Shown one piece after another: positions 38,689 to 47,775 of a stretch of 64,000 bases of DNA. Position 1 is the first letter of the stretch. Each line of letters begins with the position of its first letter. This DNA comes from an uncultured virus (IMG/VR IMGVR_UViG_3300025121_000022) (taxonomy: Duplodnaviria > Heunggongvirae > Uroviricota > Caudoviricetes). Made by a program: the position numbers and the translations under genes. The stretch is taken from IMG/VR virus record IMGVR_UViG_3300025121_000022. One strand, given 5' to 3'. A model generated the notes under the pieces. It was not told the DNA's origin. It worked only from the letters and a program-made list of their open reading frames with translations, and did not search any database.

Positions 38689-38952
38689 ATGACAGAAAAC
38701 GTTGACGAGAAACCCAAGAGCACAGAGGAAAGAATTGCAGATTATCTAAAGTCTATTGCTACGATTGATGCTACTATTGAGCCGTACAAGGAGCAACGAA
38801 AGGAACTTCGGAAAGGCTACGTAGATAACAACTGGCTTACAAAGGAACAAATTAAAGACATTATGATTGTCTATCGTCTCCGTAAGAACGGGACTAATTT
38901 TCAAGATCTAAGCGAGATGCAGAAGAAGATTGTCAAGATGTTGGGAGACTGA
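38689..38952 (+). CDS. Small helical DNA-binding protein (DsbA/GapR-like)
   Basis: Size and pattern of T4 DsbA/DUF2312-like proteins; AGGAG SD. Confidence 0.45.
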   Translation: MTENVDEKPKSTEERIADYLKSIATIDATIEPYKEQRKELRKGYVDNNWLTKEQIKDIMIVYRLRKNGTNFQDLSEMQKKIVKMLGD

Positions 38953-38953
38953 G

Positions 38954-39226
38954 ATGCACCTGAAGCCAACAAATAAGTGGATGGTCGTAGAAAAGGTCGA
39001 CCTTGAAGAACTATCAGAGGGTTTGTCCAAAGACAAAGAAATTAATCTTCTCTTGCCTGTGGATAAAGCTAAAGACAAGGCTCAAGACTTCGTTGTGGTT
39101 AGAGCAGACACGGGACCAAAAGCCACCTATCTTGTGGTTGAGAACCTCCTTCAGTCTGTAAAGATCCTAGATAGAGAGTTCTTTCTTATTCGAGAACACA
39201 ACGTCGTTGCTTACATCGAGCTTTGA
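38954..39226 (+). CDS. GroES-like co-chaperonin (divergent)
   Basis: LKPTNKWMVVE start, FLIREHNVVAYI end. Confidence 0.55.
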   Translation: MHLKPTNKWMVVEKVDLEELSEGLSKDKEINLLLPVDKAKDKAQDFVVVRADTGPKATYLVVENLLQSVKILDREFFLIREHNVVAYIEL

Positions 39227-39234
39227 AATGATCG

Positions 39235-40356
39235 ATGAAGTTCTTTTTCTACTCAAGGCCCAGAAGACTTCCTCGCGCTAAAGCCTACAGAACGTTTGCA
39301 ACTATTGTAATAGGCTGCAATTTTCCTTCTATGCTGTGTGCTTCCCTTGCGTTGAAAAGACCTGGGATTGCGTATACAAGAAAAATAGATCCTCTTCCGT
39401 GGGAAGTCAGTAGACTTAAGTGGTTTAGAGAGAATGTTTTTTATACTTCTCTGTTTAACGGAGCTATGCTGAACGATAGCGCAGCAGATAAAATCGTTGT
39501 GGATGGAGAGAAACGGCTTGTCCATATAATATATGGCGGGCGAGAATATTCTTATCAATACAAGAAGTTGCTTGTTTATGACACACATAACGTGGAAGGA
39601 TTATCGAAATACAAAACAGGAGAAAGAAATCCAGAAGACGTTAATGTTTATTATTTTGACTGGGCTAATATGATAGACATACAGGGAGACTGGAAGTGCC
39701 ATTTTGGACAGCAGAGATTTTTTAAAAGAGAAGAGAAACTTTGTTCAATTATACATTTTCCTTTAGTTGGTCTTGGCAAGACTCCTGTTCTTAAGAAGCT
39801 TTCTCAGGCGTTTAGCAAGCCTTACACAAATATTATTTCTGTGTCTCGTCTTAAGCTTAAAGACATACAGGGAGAAGAATTGCGAAGATATTCCCAAGGA
39901 GAAGTGTTGGAATATCTTAGCTTTTTTATTAAAAACACTCTTGGGTTAGTTGGGAGAAAGCGGATGTGGAGATCAAAAGAGAAACAGCCCGAAGTCTCTT
40001 ATTATCCGATTTATTTGGATATGGTTAGAAGAGAAGAATACATAGAAGACCCCAACGTTTATTACGATCCAGAGAAGAGAATACAATTCTTTTTGAAAGA
40101 GGAAGATTATTATCCTCCTTGGCTTAAATATTTACAAAATACTCCAATTACAAATGCAGCTTCTTCTTATTTGTGGGATGCGATGAAGATGTGGAAAGGA
40201 AAGGCAGAAAGTGGAAACGACCTTTACTTCGAAGAATACGAAAGAGATGATGTCTGGAAAGATAAAAAAGATTCTGACCATTCGGGATCTGAGGGAGAAG
40301 GATCGGGATGTGACGAGGCCGGTGGGCTTTACGTCGACCGCGATAATTCCGATTAG
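39235..40356 (+). CDS. Hypothetical protein
   Basis: Long ORF; N-terminal IVIG strand. Confidence 0.6.
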   Translation: MKFFFYSRPRRLPRAKAYRTFATIVIGCNFPSMLCASLALKRPGIAYTRKIDPLPWEVSRLKWFRENVFYTSLFNGAMLNDSAADKIVVDGEKRLVHIIYGGREYSYQYKKLLVYDTHNVEGLSKYKTGERNPEDVNVYYFDWANMIDIQGDWKCHFGQQRFFKREEKLCSIIHFPLVGLGKTPVLKKLSQAFSKPYTNIISVSRLKLKDIQGEELRRYSQGEVLEYLSFFIKNTLGLVGRKRMWRSKEKQPEVSYYPIYLDMVRREEYIEDPNVYYDPEKRIQFFLKEEDYYPPWLKYLQNTPITNAASSYLWDAMKMWKGKAESGNDLYFEEYERDDVWKDKKDSDHSGSEGEGSGCDEAGGLYVDRDNSD

Positions 40357-41236
40357 CGGTGACTTTCGAAATACTTCTTTTTATTGGAATGATTTGTATA
40401 TCCCCGTCGGTAAAGGTCTTTTAGCTTTTGAGAGGACAGCATATGAGGCGGCTCTTTTGGGTGCAACTTCAATTTATGTTGTAGTAAACAATAAACAATA
40501 TATTCCCATACGAAATAGACTTGGGAATTGGATGTACTCTCCTGCTTTTGCTCGCAAGTATCTTTATCACAAGAACCTTTTAGAAGAAGGCAAAGGACAT
40601 GCGTTCCCAAACTTAAATTCTTTAAGGAAGAGAATCCCTATTTTTTATATTATCTCCGACTTCGAAGAGGAAGGAGTTAATACTCTGTTGTGGTCTACTT
40701 TAAAAGCGATGATATTGACAACAAAGATGTTTGAAACAATATCAGCATATGCTTTGCCGGATAAATATCTTGTAATGTTTCCTTATTCTGCAACCGATTT
40801 AGACTTTTTGAACGAAGTAAGAAAAACAGCTATGAGCTGGGAAGGTGGTAATATCTTCTTTGAGAGAGATGGGAAAACAATTTTAGACGGAGAGTTGTGC
40901 CCTTTTATAATAAGATACAACAGGTTTGTTGAGTTTGTTAAGGCATATTACTCTTCTGTCAATAAGAAAAAAAAAGAGTACGAGTCTCTTGAAAAAGCCC
41001 TTAAAGAAAACTTCTATAAGAAGATACAGTTTAAAGAGGTATTTGAGAATATTGCGCGACAGGAAGATGATATTTTCTTGACTCCCACTTGGTCCTATGA
41101 TATTACTCTGTGGGAAGGATATAGAAGCTTCTTGCTAGAAACAAAAGAGTTCCCCGAGCGAGAAGAGTTCCTTTCTAAAAAAGAATTCATTCCTCGTCAA
41201 ACCCTTCAGGCGATGGAGTTTTTAGGTAAAAAATAA
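40247..41236 (+). CDS. Sugar-nucleotidyltransferase-like protein (divergent); start uncertain
   Basis: AIIPISG...IPVG...EAALLGATSIYVV. Confidence 0.4.
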   Translation: MMSGKIKKILTIRDLREKDRDVTRPVGFTSTAIIPISGDFRNTSFYWNDLYIPVGKGLLAFERTAYEAALLGATSIYVVVNNKQYIPIRNRLGNWMYSPAFARKYLYHKNLLEEGKGHAFPNLNSLRKRIPIFYIISDFEEEGVNTLLWSTLKAMILTTKMFETISAYALPDKYLVMFPYSATDLDFLNEVRKTAMSWEGGNIFFERDGKTILDGELCPFIIRYNRFVEFVKAYYSSVNKKKKEYESLEKALKENFYKKIQFKEVFENIARQEDDIFLTPTWSYDITLWEGYRSFLLETKEFPEREEFLSKKEFIPRQTLQAMEFLGKK

Positions 41237-41238
41237 AC

Positions 41239-43119
41239 ATGGTAAAATTTGTAAATCTTCATTGCCACGATACGTTCTCGGTGTTTGACGGATTCGGTTA
41301 TCCCAAACAATTTATGGAAAGAGTCCACGAGACGGGGGGTGAAGCCCTCGCCATCACGAACCATGGTAACATGAACTCCATGGCCTACCAACTATTTGCC
41401 GCAGAAGAAATGAAAAAAGAGGGGAAGATAGTAAAACCAATATATGGAATTGAGGCGTATATTATTCCTTCTTTTAAGAAGTGGAGAACGGCATACGAAA
41501 CGGCCAAAGAGAACAAAGAATTAAAAAAGAAGAAAGAAGAAGAGATAAACGCAACGGTTATTGAAGACGATCTAAAGAGGTTTTCAAGGACAAAGAAGAC
41601 AGAAATTAATAAAAGAAGCCATATACTTCTTTTGGCTCAAAATCAAGACGGGCTTAAAAATCTATTTCAACTCGTCTACAACTCCTACAAGAGAGAAAAC
41701 TTCTATAGATACCCCAGAATAGATTACGATATGCTTCGTTCATATAACAAAGGCATTATTGCAACAAGTGCTTGTGTGGGCGGAGTTTATTCTTCTAACT
41801 TTTTTGATAATTACGAAAAGGGAACAGACTATATTCTTTTAGAGATGCGCAAGACAACGCAAGCTATGTTGGATATCTTTGAAGATAGATGGTACGGAGA
41901 ATTACAGTGGAATGACTTTGTTGAACAGCATGATTTAAACCAACTAATAATACAGCTTTCAGTTGAGATGGGGTTTAAGCTGGTTTCTACTGCTGACGCA
42001 CACTACCCAAGGCCCGAGTTGTGGAAAGATAGATTTCTTTACAAGAAGTTGGGTTGGTTAAACTCTAAAGACAGCGAGCAGGCAAAGCTACCAGAAACCG
42101 TAGAAGAAATCGGTTATGAGTTGTATCCAAAATCTGCAGAAGAAATGTGGAGAGATTATAAAAAATATTCTCTTAAACATAATTCTTTTTATGAAGATGA
42201 CACGATAGAAAAGAGTCTCGATAACACATATGACATTGCTATGAACAGGATAGAGAATGTCGATATGGACAGAAGCTATAAACTACCTTCCTCTGTTGTC
42301 CCCACTGGCCAAACTGAAGAAGGGGCTTTAGCAAGGAGGGCAGTGGCTGGTCTAAAGGCCAAGGGGCTGTATGAAAAGAAAGAATATGTAGACAGACTGA
42401 AACATGAGCTTAGGGTTGTAAAAGACCGAGGATATTGTAAATATTTTCTGGCAATGAAAAAGATAATAGACAAAAGCAGGAATTTTTGTCTGACTGGACC
42501 AGGGCGGGGCTCTGCTGGAGGTTCTTTAATTGCGTATGTGTTGAACATAACACATGTCGACCCTATTAAATATGGTCTTTTGTTTGAAAGATTTTTATCC
42601 GAAGGTTCGAGTCCCGACATAGATTGTCTTTGGAGCGGGCACGAAGTACGAGTTTCTGGGGGATATAAAAAACTTCGAGATGTTCTAATAGGAGATGTTG
42701 TTATAAACGAGTTTGGAGAGAACTCCGTGGTTTCTGCTGTTTTTAGTAGAAATGTGCGGCCGAAAGAAAAAGTATTTTCAATAGTAGTACAACAAGTAGA
42801 AGAAGATATTTTGGGTATTATTATTGCGGGCGAAACGCACAAGTTTATTCTTTCAAGTGACAGGGTTACTAAGACAAAAGAATTAAAAATTGGTGATTCT
42901 TTGAAATCTATTGGCGGGGAAGTAGTGGTGCTGGAAATAGAAAAGATGTCAAAACAAAAAAAAGAAAGAATAGCTTTAACCGACATTTCTTTATTGGGAG
43001 AAACAAAAAGTTTTCAAATAGTTCCATTGGATGTAATAGAAGTTTTTAATACTATTACCGAAGAAAGAAAGAGATTTGTACTTGAGATAGACAACAAGAG
43101 GAAACATGGAAATCATTAA
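41239..43119 (+). CDS. dnaE: DNA polymerase III alpha, N-terminal part, fused to N-intein
   Basis: PHP domain (NLHCH, TNHG, GIEAY, DAHY), GRGSAGGS, FERFL, PDID then CLWSG. Confidence 0.92.
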   Translation: MVKFVNLHCHDTFSVFDGFGYPKQFMERVHETGGEALAITNHGNMNSMAYQLFAAEEMKKEGKIVKPIYGIEAYIIPSFKKWRTAYETAKENKELKKKKEEEINATVIEDDLKRFSRTKKTEINKRSHILLLAQNQDGLKNLFQLVYNSYKRENFYRYPRIDYDMLRSYNKGIIATSACVGGVYSSNFFDNYEKGTDYILLEMRKTTQAMLDIFEDRWYGELQWNDFVEQHDLNQLIIQLSVEMGFKLVSTADAHYPRPELWKDRFLYKKLGWLNSKDSEQAKLPETVEEIGYELYPKSAEEMWRDYKKYSLKHNSFYEDDTIEKSLDNTYDIAMNRIENVDMDRSYKLPSSVVPTGQTEEGALARRAVAGLKAKGLYEKKEYVDRLKHELRVVKDRGYCKYFLAMKKIIDKSRNFCLTGPGRGSAGGSLIAYVLNITHVDPIKYGLLFERFLSEGSSPDIDCLWSGHEVRVSGGYKKLRDVLIGDVVINEFGENSVVSAVFSRNVRPKEKVFSIVVQQVEEDILGIIIAGETHKFILSSDRVTKTKELKIGDSLKSIGGEVVVLEIEKMSKQKKERIALTDISLLGETKSFQIVPLDVIEVFNTITEERKRFVLEIDNKRKHGNH

Positions 43120-43165
43120 ACATCACTCTTTTAAAGAGAGTTATAAGACTGTTATTGTTCACAAC
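42625..43165 (+). other. Split intein: IntN 42625-43116 (164 aa), IntC 43106-43165 (20 aa)
   Basis: Cys1 block A, GETH block B, block F-like LTDISLLGETKSF in ORF1; VIVHN then Cys+1 in ORF2. Confidence 0.85.
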
Positions 43166-45187
43166 TGCGATTTTTCTCGTGCAGCAGAGTTTAAGACTTT
43201 TCTTATTGAAGAGTGGGGAGAAAAGAGCGCAACTCTTATTTCAAACTATGGCACATTTCACTTGAAGTCTCTTGTTAAGGACATATCAAAATTTTATAAT
43301 GTATCTTTTCAAGAAGTTAATGAAGTAACAACAAAAATGGTCGACGAGGCTTTACCAAAAGCCAAACAGGATCATGAGCAAGTTGCCGGAGTTTACGAAC
43401 CTACTTATGAAGAAGTTAAGGCATATAGTCCTTCTTTCCAAGCCTTTTTAAGAAAATATCCCTCTGTAGCATCTCACATAGAAAATTTACAAGGCATGGT
43501 GAAGTCTATTGGACAACATGCGGCGGGACTTGTTTGGTCTGATAACTTACATGAAAAAATGCCTCTTATTAGCGCCAAGGGTTCTTTCCAAAGTCCTTGG
43601 TCTGAAGGGCAAGCGGTACGGCATCTAGAACCTTTGGGGTTTATTAAATTTGATATTTTAGGATTGCAAACTTTAACAATTATAGAAGATACTATCAAAC
43701 ATATTCTTCACAAAAGAAAACTCTCTTGTGGGATAAAAGAAATTATAGAGTTTTATAATAGAAACTTGCACCCCGACGTAATCAACTTCGACGATCAGAA
43801 AGTATGGGAAACTGTTTTCCACAAGAAGAAGAATTTAAATTTAGGTATTTTCCAATTTTCTAACGACGGCGCGCAATCCTTTTGCGTGAAAGTTAAACCC
43901 ACATCTATTGAGGATTTGTCTGCTGTAACTTCGATATATCGGCCGGGACCTCTGGGTTCGAACATAGACAAGAAGTATTTAAAAGCGAAAAGGCATCCAG
44001 AAACCGTTACCTACCTTCATCCTTGTGTGGAGCCTGTTTTAAAAAGTACCTATGGCTTTGTTATTTATCAAGAGCAAATTGCTAAGTTGGCTGTTGCAAT
44101 AGGGAAAGACGTTTCTCTAATGGAAGGAAACTCTCTTAGAAAACTCTTGACAAAAAAGGGTCTCATAGGGAACAACGCAGAAAAGAAAGAGAAGATTTAT
44201 AAGAAGTTTGTCGAGGGTGGTCTTGAAAAGGGGATTGAAGGTAATGCTTTAGAAGAATTATGGAAGTCCTTGGAATTATTCAACAATTATGGATTTAATT
44301 TGTCCCACAGTTGCGGATATTCCATCCTTTCTTATCAGTGTGCTTGGCTTTTTACTTATTATCAAAGCGAATGGGTTGCCGCCTTCCTCAACAGCGAGCC
44401 AGAAAAAACAAAAGCAAAAGCGATATCTGATGCTAAATCTATTGGGTTCACTATGGCTTCTGTGGACATAAATAAGTCCTCTTTATATGATTGGGATGTG
44501 TCTCCAGACAACAAAAAAGAACTTATTCAACCTCTGTTCTCTTTGCTGGGGATGGGCAAGACCGCTGTAGAACAAATCTCCTATTGTCGTCCCTACAATA
44601 AGATTGAAGATGTGCTTTTTAAAGAAGACATTTGGGGCAAGAAGCTAAATAAAAAGTATCTAGATGTCTTGACAAGAAGCGGCGCATTAGATAGTCTTAT
44701 GGACGAAAGGTTTACTGGCGACAAGCATTTCTGGTCATGTGTGGCGGTTATTCGTCCTAAAGACCAAGAAGACTTTGAAGAAAATATTAAATTGTATTCT
44801 CCAGAAGGCTCCTTCGCGGAAAAAGAAAGACTTATTTATCGCTCTCAGTTAACAGGAGTTTATCCTGTTGACCAAATTGTTTCACCTAAAGACGTAAAAG
44901 CTTTAAAGTCTCTTGGCGCCGTTCCGGTGAGCGAATGGGAAGTGGGCAAATATGTTTGGTTTGTATTAAAGAGCGTAGAGTTTAAGCAAACCTTAGCAAA
45001 CAAGAAAGATTATGCTGTTCTTACGGTGGTTGATAATACGGGTGAAGAGAACAAAATTAAGTGCTGGAATGTGAAAGACTATTATCCTCTTGTTGAAAAC
45101 TCAGCTTATGTTGGCGTCGTTACCAAAGATGAGAAGTGGGGTTTTTCTACGAACAAGAAGATAAATGAAGCATTTAGAAAGCTATAA
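43106..45187 (+). CDS. dnaE: C-intein plus DNA polymerase III alpha, C-terminal part
   Basis: HN/CDF, GQHAAG, KFDILGL, GIFQF, RPGP, IYQEQ, YGFNLSHS. Confidence 0.92.
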   Translation: MEIIKHHSFKESYKTVIVHNCDFSRAAEFKTFLIEEWGEKSATLISNYGTFHLKSLVKDISKFYNVSFQEVNEVTTKMVDEALPKAKQDHEQVAGVYEPTYEEVKAYSPSFQAFLRKYPSVASHIENLQGMVKSIGQHAAGLVWSDNLHEKMPLISAKGSFQSPWSEGQAVRHLEPLGFIKFDILGLQTLTIIEDTIKHILHKRKLSCGIKEIIEFYNRNLHPDVINFDDQKVWETVFHKKKNLNLGIFQFSNDGAQSFCVKVKPTSIEDLSAVTSIYRPGPLGSNIDKKYLKAKRHPETVTYLHPCVEPVLKSTYGFVIYQEQIAKLAVAIGKDVSLMEGNSLRKLLTKKGLIGNNAEKKEKIYKKFVEGGLEKGIEGNALEELWKSLELFNNYGFNLSHSCGYSILSYQCAWLFTYYQSEWVAAFLNSEPEKTKAKAISDAKSIGFTMASVDINKSSLYDWDVSPDNKKELIQPLFSLLGMGKTAVEQISYCRPYNKIEDVLFKEDIWGKKLNKKYLDVLTRSGALDSLMDERFTGDKHFWSCVAVIRPKDQEDFEENIKLYSPEGSFAEKERLIYRSQLTGVYPVDQIVSPKDVKALKSLGAVPVSEWEVGKYVWFVLKSVEFKQTLANKKDYAVLTVVDNTGEENKIKCWNVKDYYPLVENSAYVGVVTKDEKWGFSTNKKINEAFRKL

Positions 45188-45189
45188 CT

Positions 45190-45882
45190 ATGCCCAAAAG
45201 ATATCAATTATTTGTCGATGAGGTAATAAGACGCAGAAAAGAAAGTTCCAACGCTTATTATTCTCGAAGAGAAAAAGAAAGAGACCCTAACAACTTTATA
45301 CATGACGATTTCATGTATATGGATACAAGAGTTCCGGGAATAGCCGTTTCCTTTCAGAAGTTTGTAAGGTTTTTTCTTTCTCTTGACAGATTAGACTTGT
45401 CTCATAATTGGGTTTGGCTTACGGTGATGGACTTAATTATAGAAGAAGACATTGAGTTTATTAAGTTTCTAAGAGATTACGCTACAAAGAAATATAGTCA
45501 GAGCTATACGAGAAGAGGGAACTTCTTTGATTTGCCTTCTATTAGAAAGGGTGTTCTTACTAAAAATAAAAACCCTTTTCGTAAGATTTATAATTACAGA
45601 CACCCAGACGTGTTTTATCCAAACGAAAGAAAATTAAAGGAAATAGAAGAACAACTGGAAAAAAGAAAAGAGGTAGTCAATTATTTGGTTGGAAACATAC
45701 AGCAAGAAGACGAAGTGGACGATTCTTTTCCTACTGTTTATGAAGATAAAGTAGAAGATTATTTAAATTTTGATGAATTACTAAAAGACTTCGAAGAGGA
45801 CGAAGAGGTTGCTTCTTTGACTTTAGAAGACTTAGAAAAGGCGGATGAAAATGATGATGCAGACGAGGAAAAAGATCAATAA
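45190..45882 (+). CDS. Hypothetical protein with acidic tail
   Basis: ORF follows dnaE. Confidence 0.6.
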   Translation: MPKRYQLFVDEVIRRRKESSNAYYSRREKERDPNNFIHDDFMYMDTRVPGIAVSFQKFVRFFLSLDRLDLSHNWVWLTVMDLIIEEDIEFIKFLRDYATKKYSQSYTRRGNFFDLPSIRKGVLTKNKNPFRKIYNYRHPDVFYPNERKLKEIEEQLEKRKEVVNYLVGNIQQEDEVDDSFPTVYEDKVEDYLNFDELLKDFEEDEEVASLTLEDLEKADENDDADEEKDQ

Positions 45883-46141
45883 TTTAAGGGATTTACCAGA
45901 ATGTGTACAAAAGTGTCATTCCGAAGAGTGTCCGTGTTCTTCTGAAAGTTGTAGGATGTGGATAGAATTTCCAGAAGAATATAACTGTACTTATTTTTCG
46001 ATAAATGAAAACGGGCCTATGACTTTGCAACAGATATCAAAAAGATTAGGAATTCATTATACTGCAATATCTAGGATTTTGGATAGGTCGTACTTAAAAT
46101 TAAGAAAAAAACGAGATTTCAAAGAGTTTCGTCAATTTTGA
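45845..46141 (+). CDS. Small Cys-rich protein with sigma region 4-like HTH
   Basis: MTLQQISKRLGIHYTAISRI after a Cys cluster. Confidence 0.6.
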   Translation: MKMMMQTRKKINNLRDLPECVQKCHSEECPCSSESCRMWIEFPEEYNCTYFSINENGPMTLQQISKRLGIHYTAISRILDRSYLKLRKKRDFKEFRQF

Positions 46142-46142
46142 T

Positions 46143-46150
46143 ACTATTTA
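46143..46150 (+). promoter_or_regulatory. Putative late promoter ACTATTTA
   Basis: Intergenic, before acidic head-type protein. Confidence 0.5.
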
Positions 46151-46200
46151 ATAATGAAACCGCCGAGTGGCGTAAGAATTGTTATCAAGGAGATTGAAAA

Positions 46201-46899
46201 ATGGCTAAAAAGCTACTTTTGGAAAGAGATGAAACTATTAGATTCATGCGTCTGGCTGGTCAAGAGAAACTGACTGAAGGCTTTCTGGCTCGTCTGAAAG
46301 AAGAGGACGAAGAGGACGAGGAAGGCGCGCCCGAAGGTGGCGATATGCCCCCAGTTGATGCCGGTGCCGAGCCTCCTCCGCCCGCTCCCGCAGGTGACAT
46401 GCCCTCCGATATGCCGCCCGAGGAAGGCGCTCCTGTAGAAGACAGCGCTCTTGCTGGTCTGCCCGAAGAGGCCGTAGCAGAACTAATCCAAGACATCGCA
46501 GACGTTATTTCTGCTAAGTCTGGAGCGAATGTTAATGTCCAAGTAGACGGTGGCGCAGGTGGCGAAATGGAAGGTGGCGAAGGCGGCGAGATGCCTCCCC
46601 CGGCTCCCGAAGGTGGCGAAGGTGGCCTGCCCCCGGCTCCCGAAGCGGAAGAAGAGGAAGAGCCTCCTGTGATGCAAGAAAAGCTTGGCAAAGGCAAAAT
46701 GGTTCAAAAGGGCAAGATTAAAGAAGCCGAAGCACCTCCTGCTGCTGCTGGCGCCGAAGTTGTGACCGAAGAAGACGCTCCTGTTACTGAAGGAGAGGTT
46801 TCCGAAGAGGTTATTAACGAGGTTTATCGCAGAGTGGTTTCAAAGCTTCGTTCTGCCGTCAAAGAAGCGAAGTCTCGCAAATCTTCCAAGACTAAGTGA
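46201..46899 (+). CDS. Acidic Pro/Gly-rich protein (scaffold/internal head protein-like)
   Basis: AGGAG SD; LLLE, RFMRLAG, LTE motifs; low complexity. Confidence 0.65.
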   Translation: MAKKLLLERDETIRFMRLAGQEKLTEGFLARLKEEDEEDEEGAPEGGDMPPVDAGAEPPPPAPAGDMPSDMPPEEGAPVEDSALAGLPEEAVAELIQDIADVISAKSGANVNVQVDGGAGGEMEGGEGGEMPPPAPEGGEGGLPPAPEAEEEEEPPVMQEKLGKGKMVQKGKIKEAEAPPAAAGAEVVTEEDAPVTEGEVSEEVINEVYRRVVSKLRSAVKEAKSRKSSKTK

Positions 46900-46946
46900 A
46901 ATAAAAAATAACCCCTTCGGTCTGTATGACCGAACCCGGAGAATTC

Positions 46947-47624
46947 ATGAAAAATTCAAATAAACTTCGTAGTGTATGCGAAGTAAATAAAAAGGTTTAT
47001 ACTAAGCTATGCGACCATTGTGAGCAGGGCGAGGATGATGAGGATAAGGGACTTTTTGTTTCTCCGGAAGACTCTAATCCTTTAAGAGTTGTTGGTGTAT
47101 ACGGACAGATAACAGAAGACGTTTGTGCTAGCGCAACGTTTCAAATGCTTTCCCTCGCAGCAAAAGGTCTATATCTTTACAAAAACGAAGAAACCGGAGA
47201 AGAAGAAGTAGTAAAAGAGCCTTTTGAGATTTTAGTTTCTTCTACGGGTGGGATAGTGGAGGGAACTTTGGGTGTTTATGACATGATGCAGATCATAAAG
47301 AGACAGGGATTTGAAATAATCACTACTGCTATTGGCACATGTCAATCTGCTGCTACAATACTTTTAATTGGCGGTACAAAGAGAAGAGCTACTGAAAACT
47401 GTAGATTTATGATTCATAATGTAATCGCCTCTTTTGAAGGTTCATACCCGGCAATGAAAGAACATTCTGCAGAAATTACTGTTTTGCAAGATACCTATTG
47501 CAGAATTCTTCTGGAAAATTCAAAGCTTACCGAGAGAGACTTAAAAAAGTTTCTTAAGGTGAGAAACCACTACTTCTCTGCACAAAAAGCTCTTGAGTAT
47601 GGGATAATCGACGAGATTATTTAA
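46947..47624 (+). CDS. clpP: ClpP-like protease subunit
   Basis: SSTGG, CQSAA, FMIH, YFSAQKALEYGIIDEII. Confidence 0.85.
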   Translation: MKNSNKLRSVCEVNKKVYTKLCDHCEQGEDDEDKGLFVSPEDSNPLRVVGVYGQITEDVCASATFQMLSLAAKGLYLYKNEETGEEEVVKEPFEILVSSTGGIVEGTLGVYDMMQIIKRQGFEIITTAIGTCQSAATILLIGGTKRRATENCRFMIHNVIASFEGSYPAMKEHSAEITVLQDTYCRILLENSKLTERDLKKFLKVRNHYFSAQKALEYGIIDEII

Positions 47625-47635
47625 GGGGCTAGACA

Positions 47636-47775
47636 TCCCCTTCGAGACTTAAACTATGAACTTCTTAGTTAACACGGCTGCTCGATTCCTGCCCATGAGA
47701 GAGTTTCGTTCTGGCCGTAAGGCCAGAACCAGAGCTTTCTTGACAGCAGGCTATCCCCGCCAGGGCGGCGGTTCT
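47636..47775 (-). ncRNA. Putative TnpB omegaRNA (reRNA) scaffold
   Basis: Overlaps tnpB 3' end; hairpin TTCTGGCC-GTAA-GGCCAGAA; this is the segment retained in the mini-copy. Confidence 0.6.

Noticed and set aside
42276..42986. 236-aa antisense ORF across the intein, possible homing endonuclease
   Set aside because: No LAGLIDADG/HNH/GIY-YIG motifs; antisense to dnaE.
46260..46697. GC-rich repetitive segment suggesting foreign DNA
   Set aside because: Explained by Pro/Gly/Ala/Glu low-complexity coding in the 46201 ORF.
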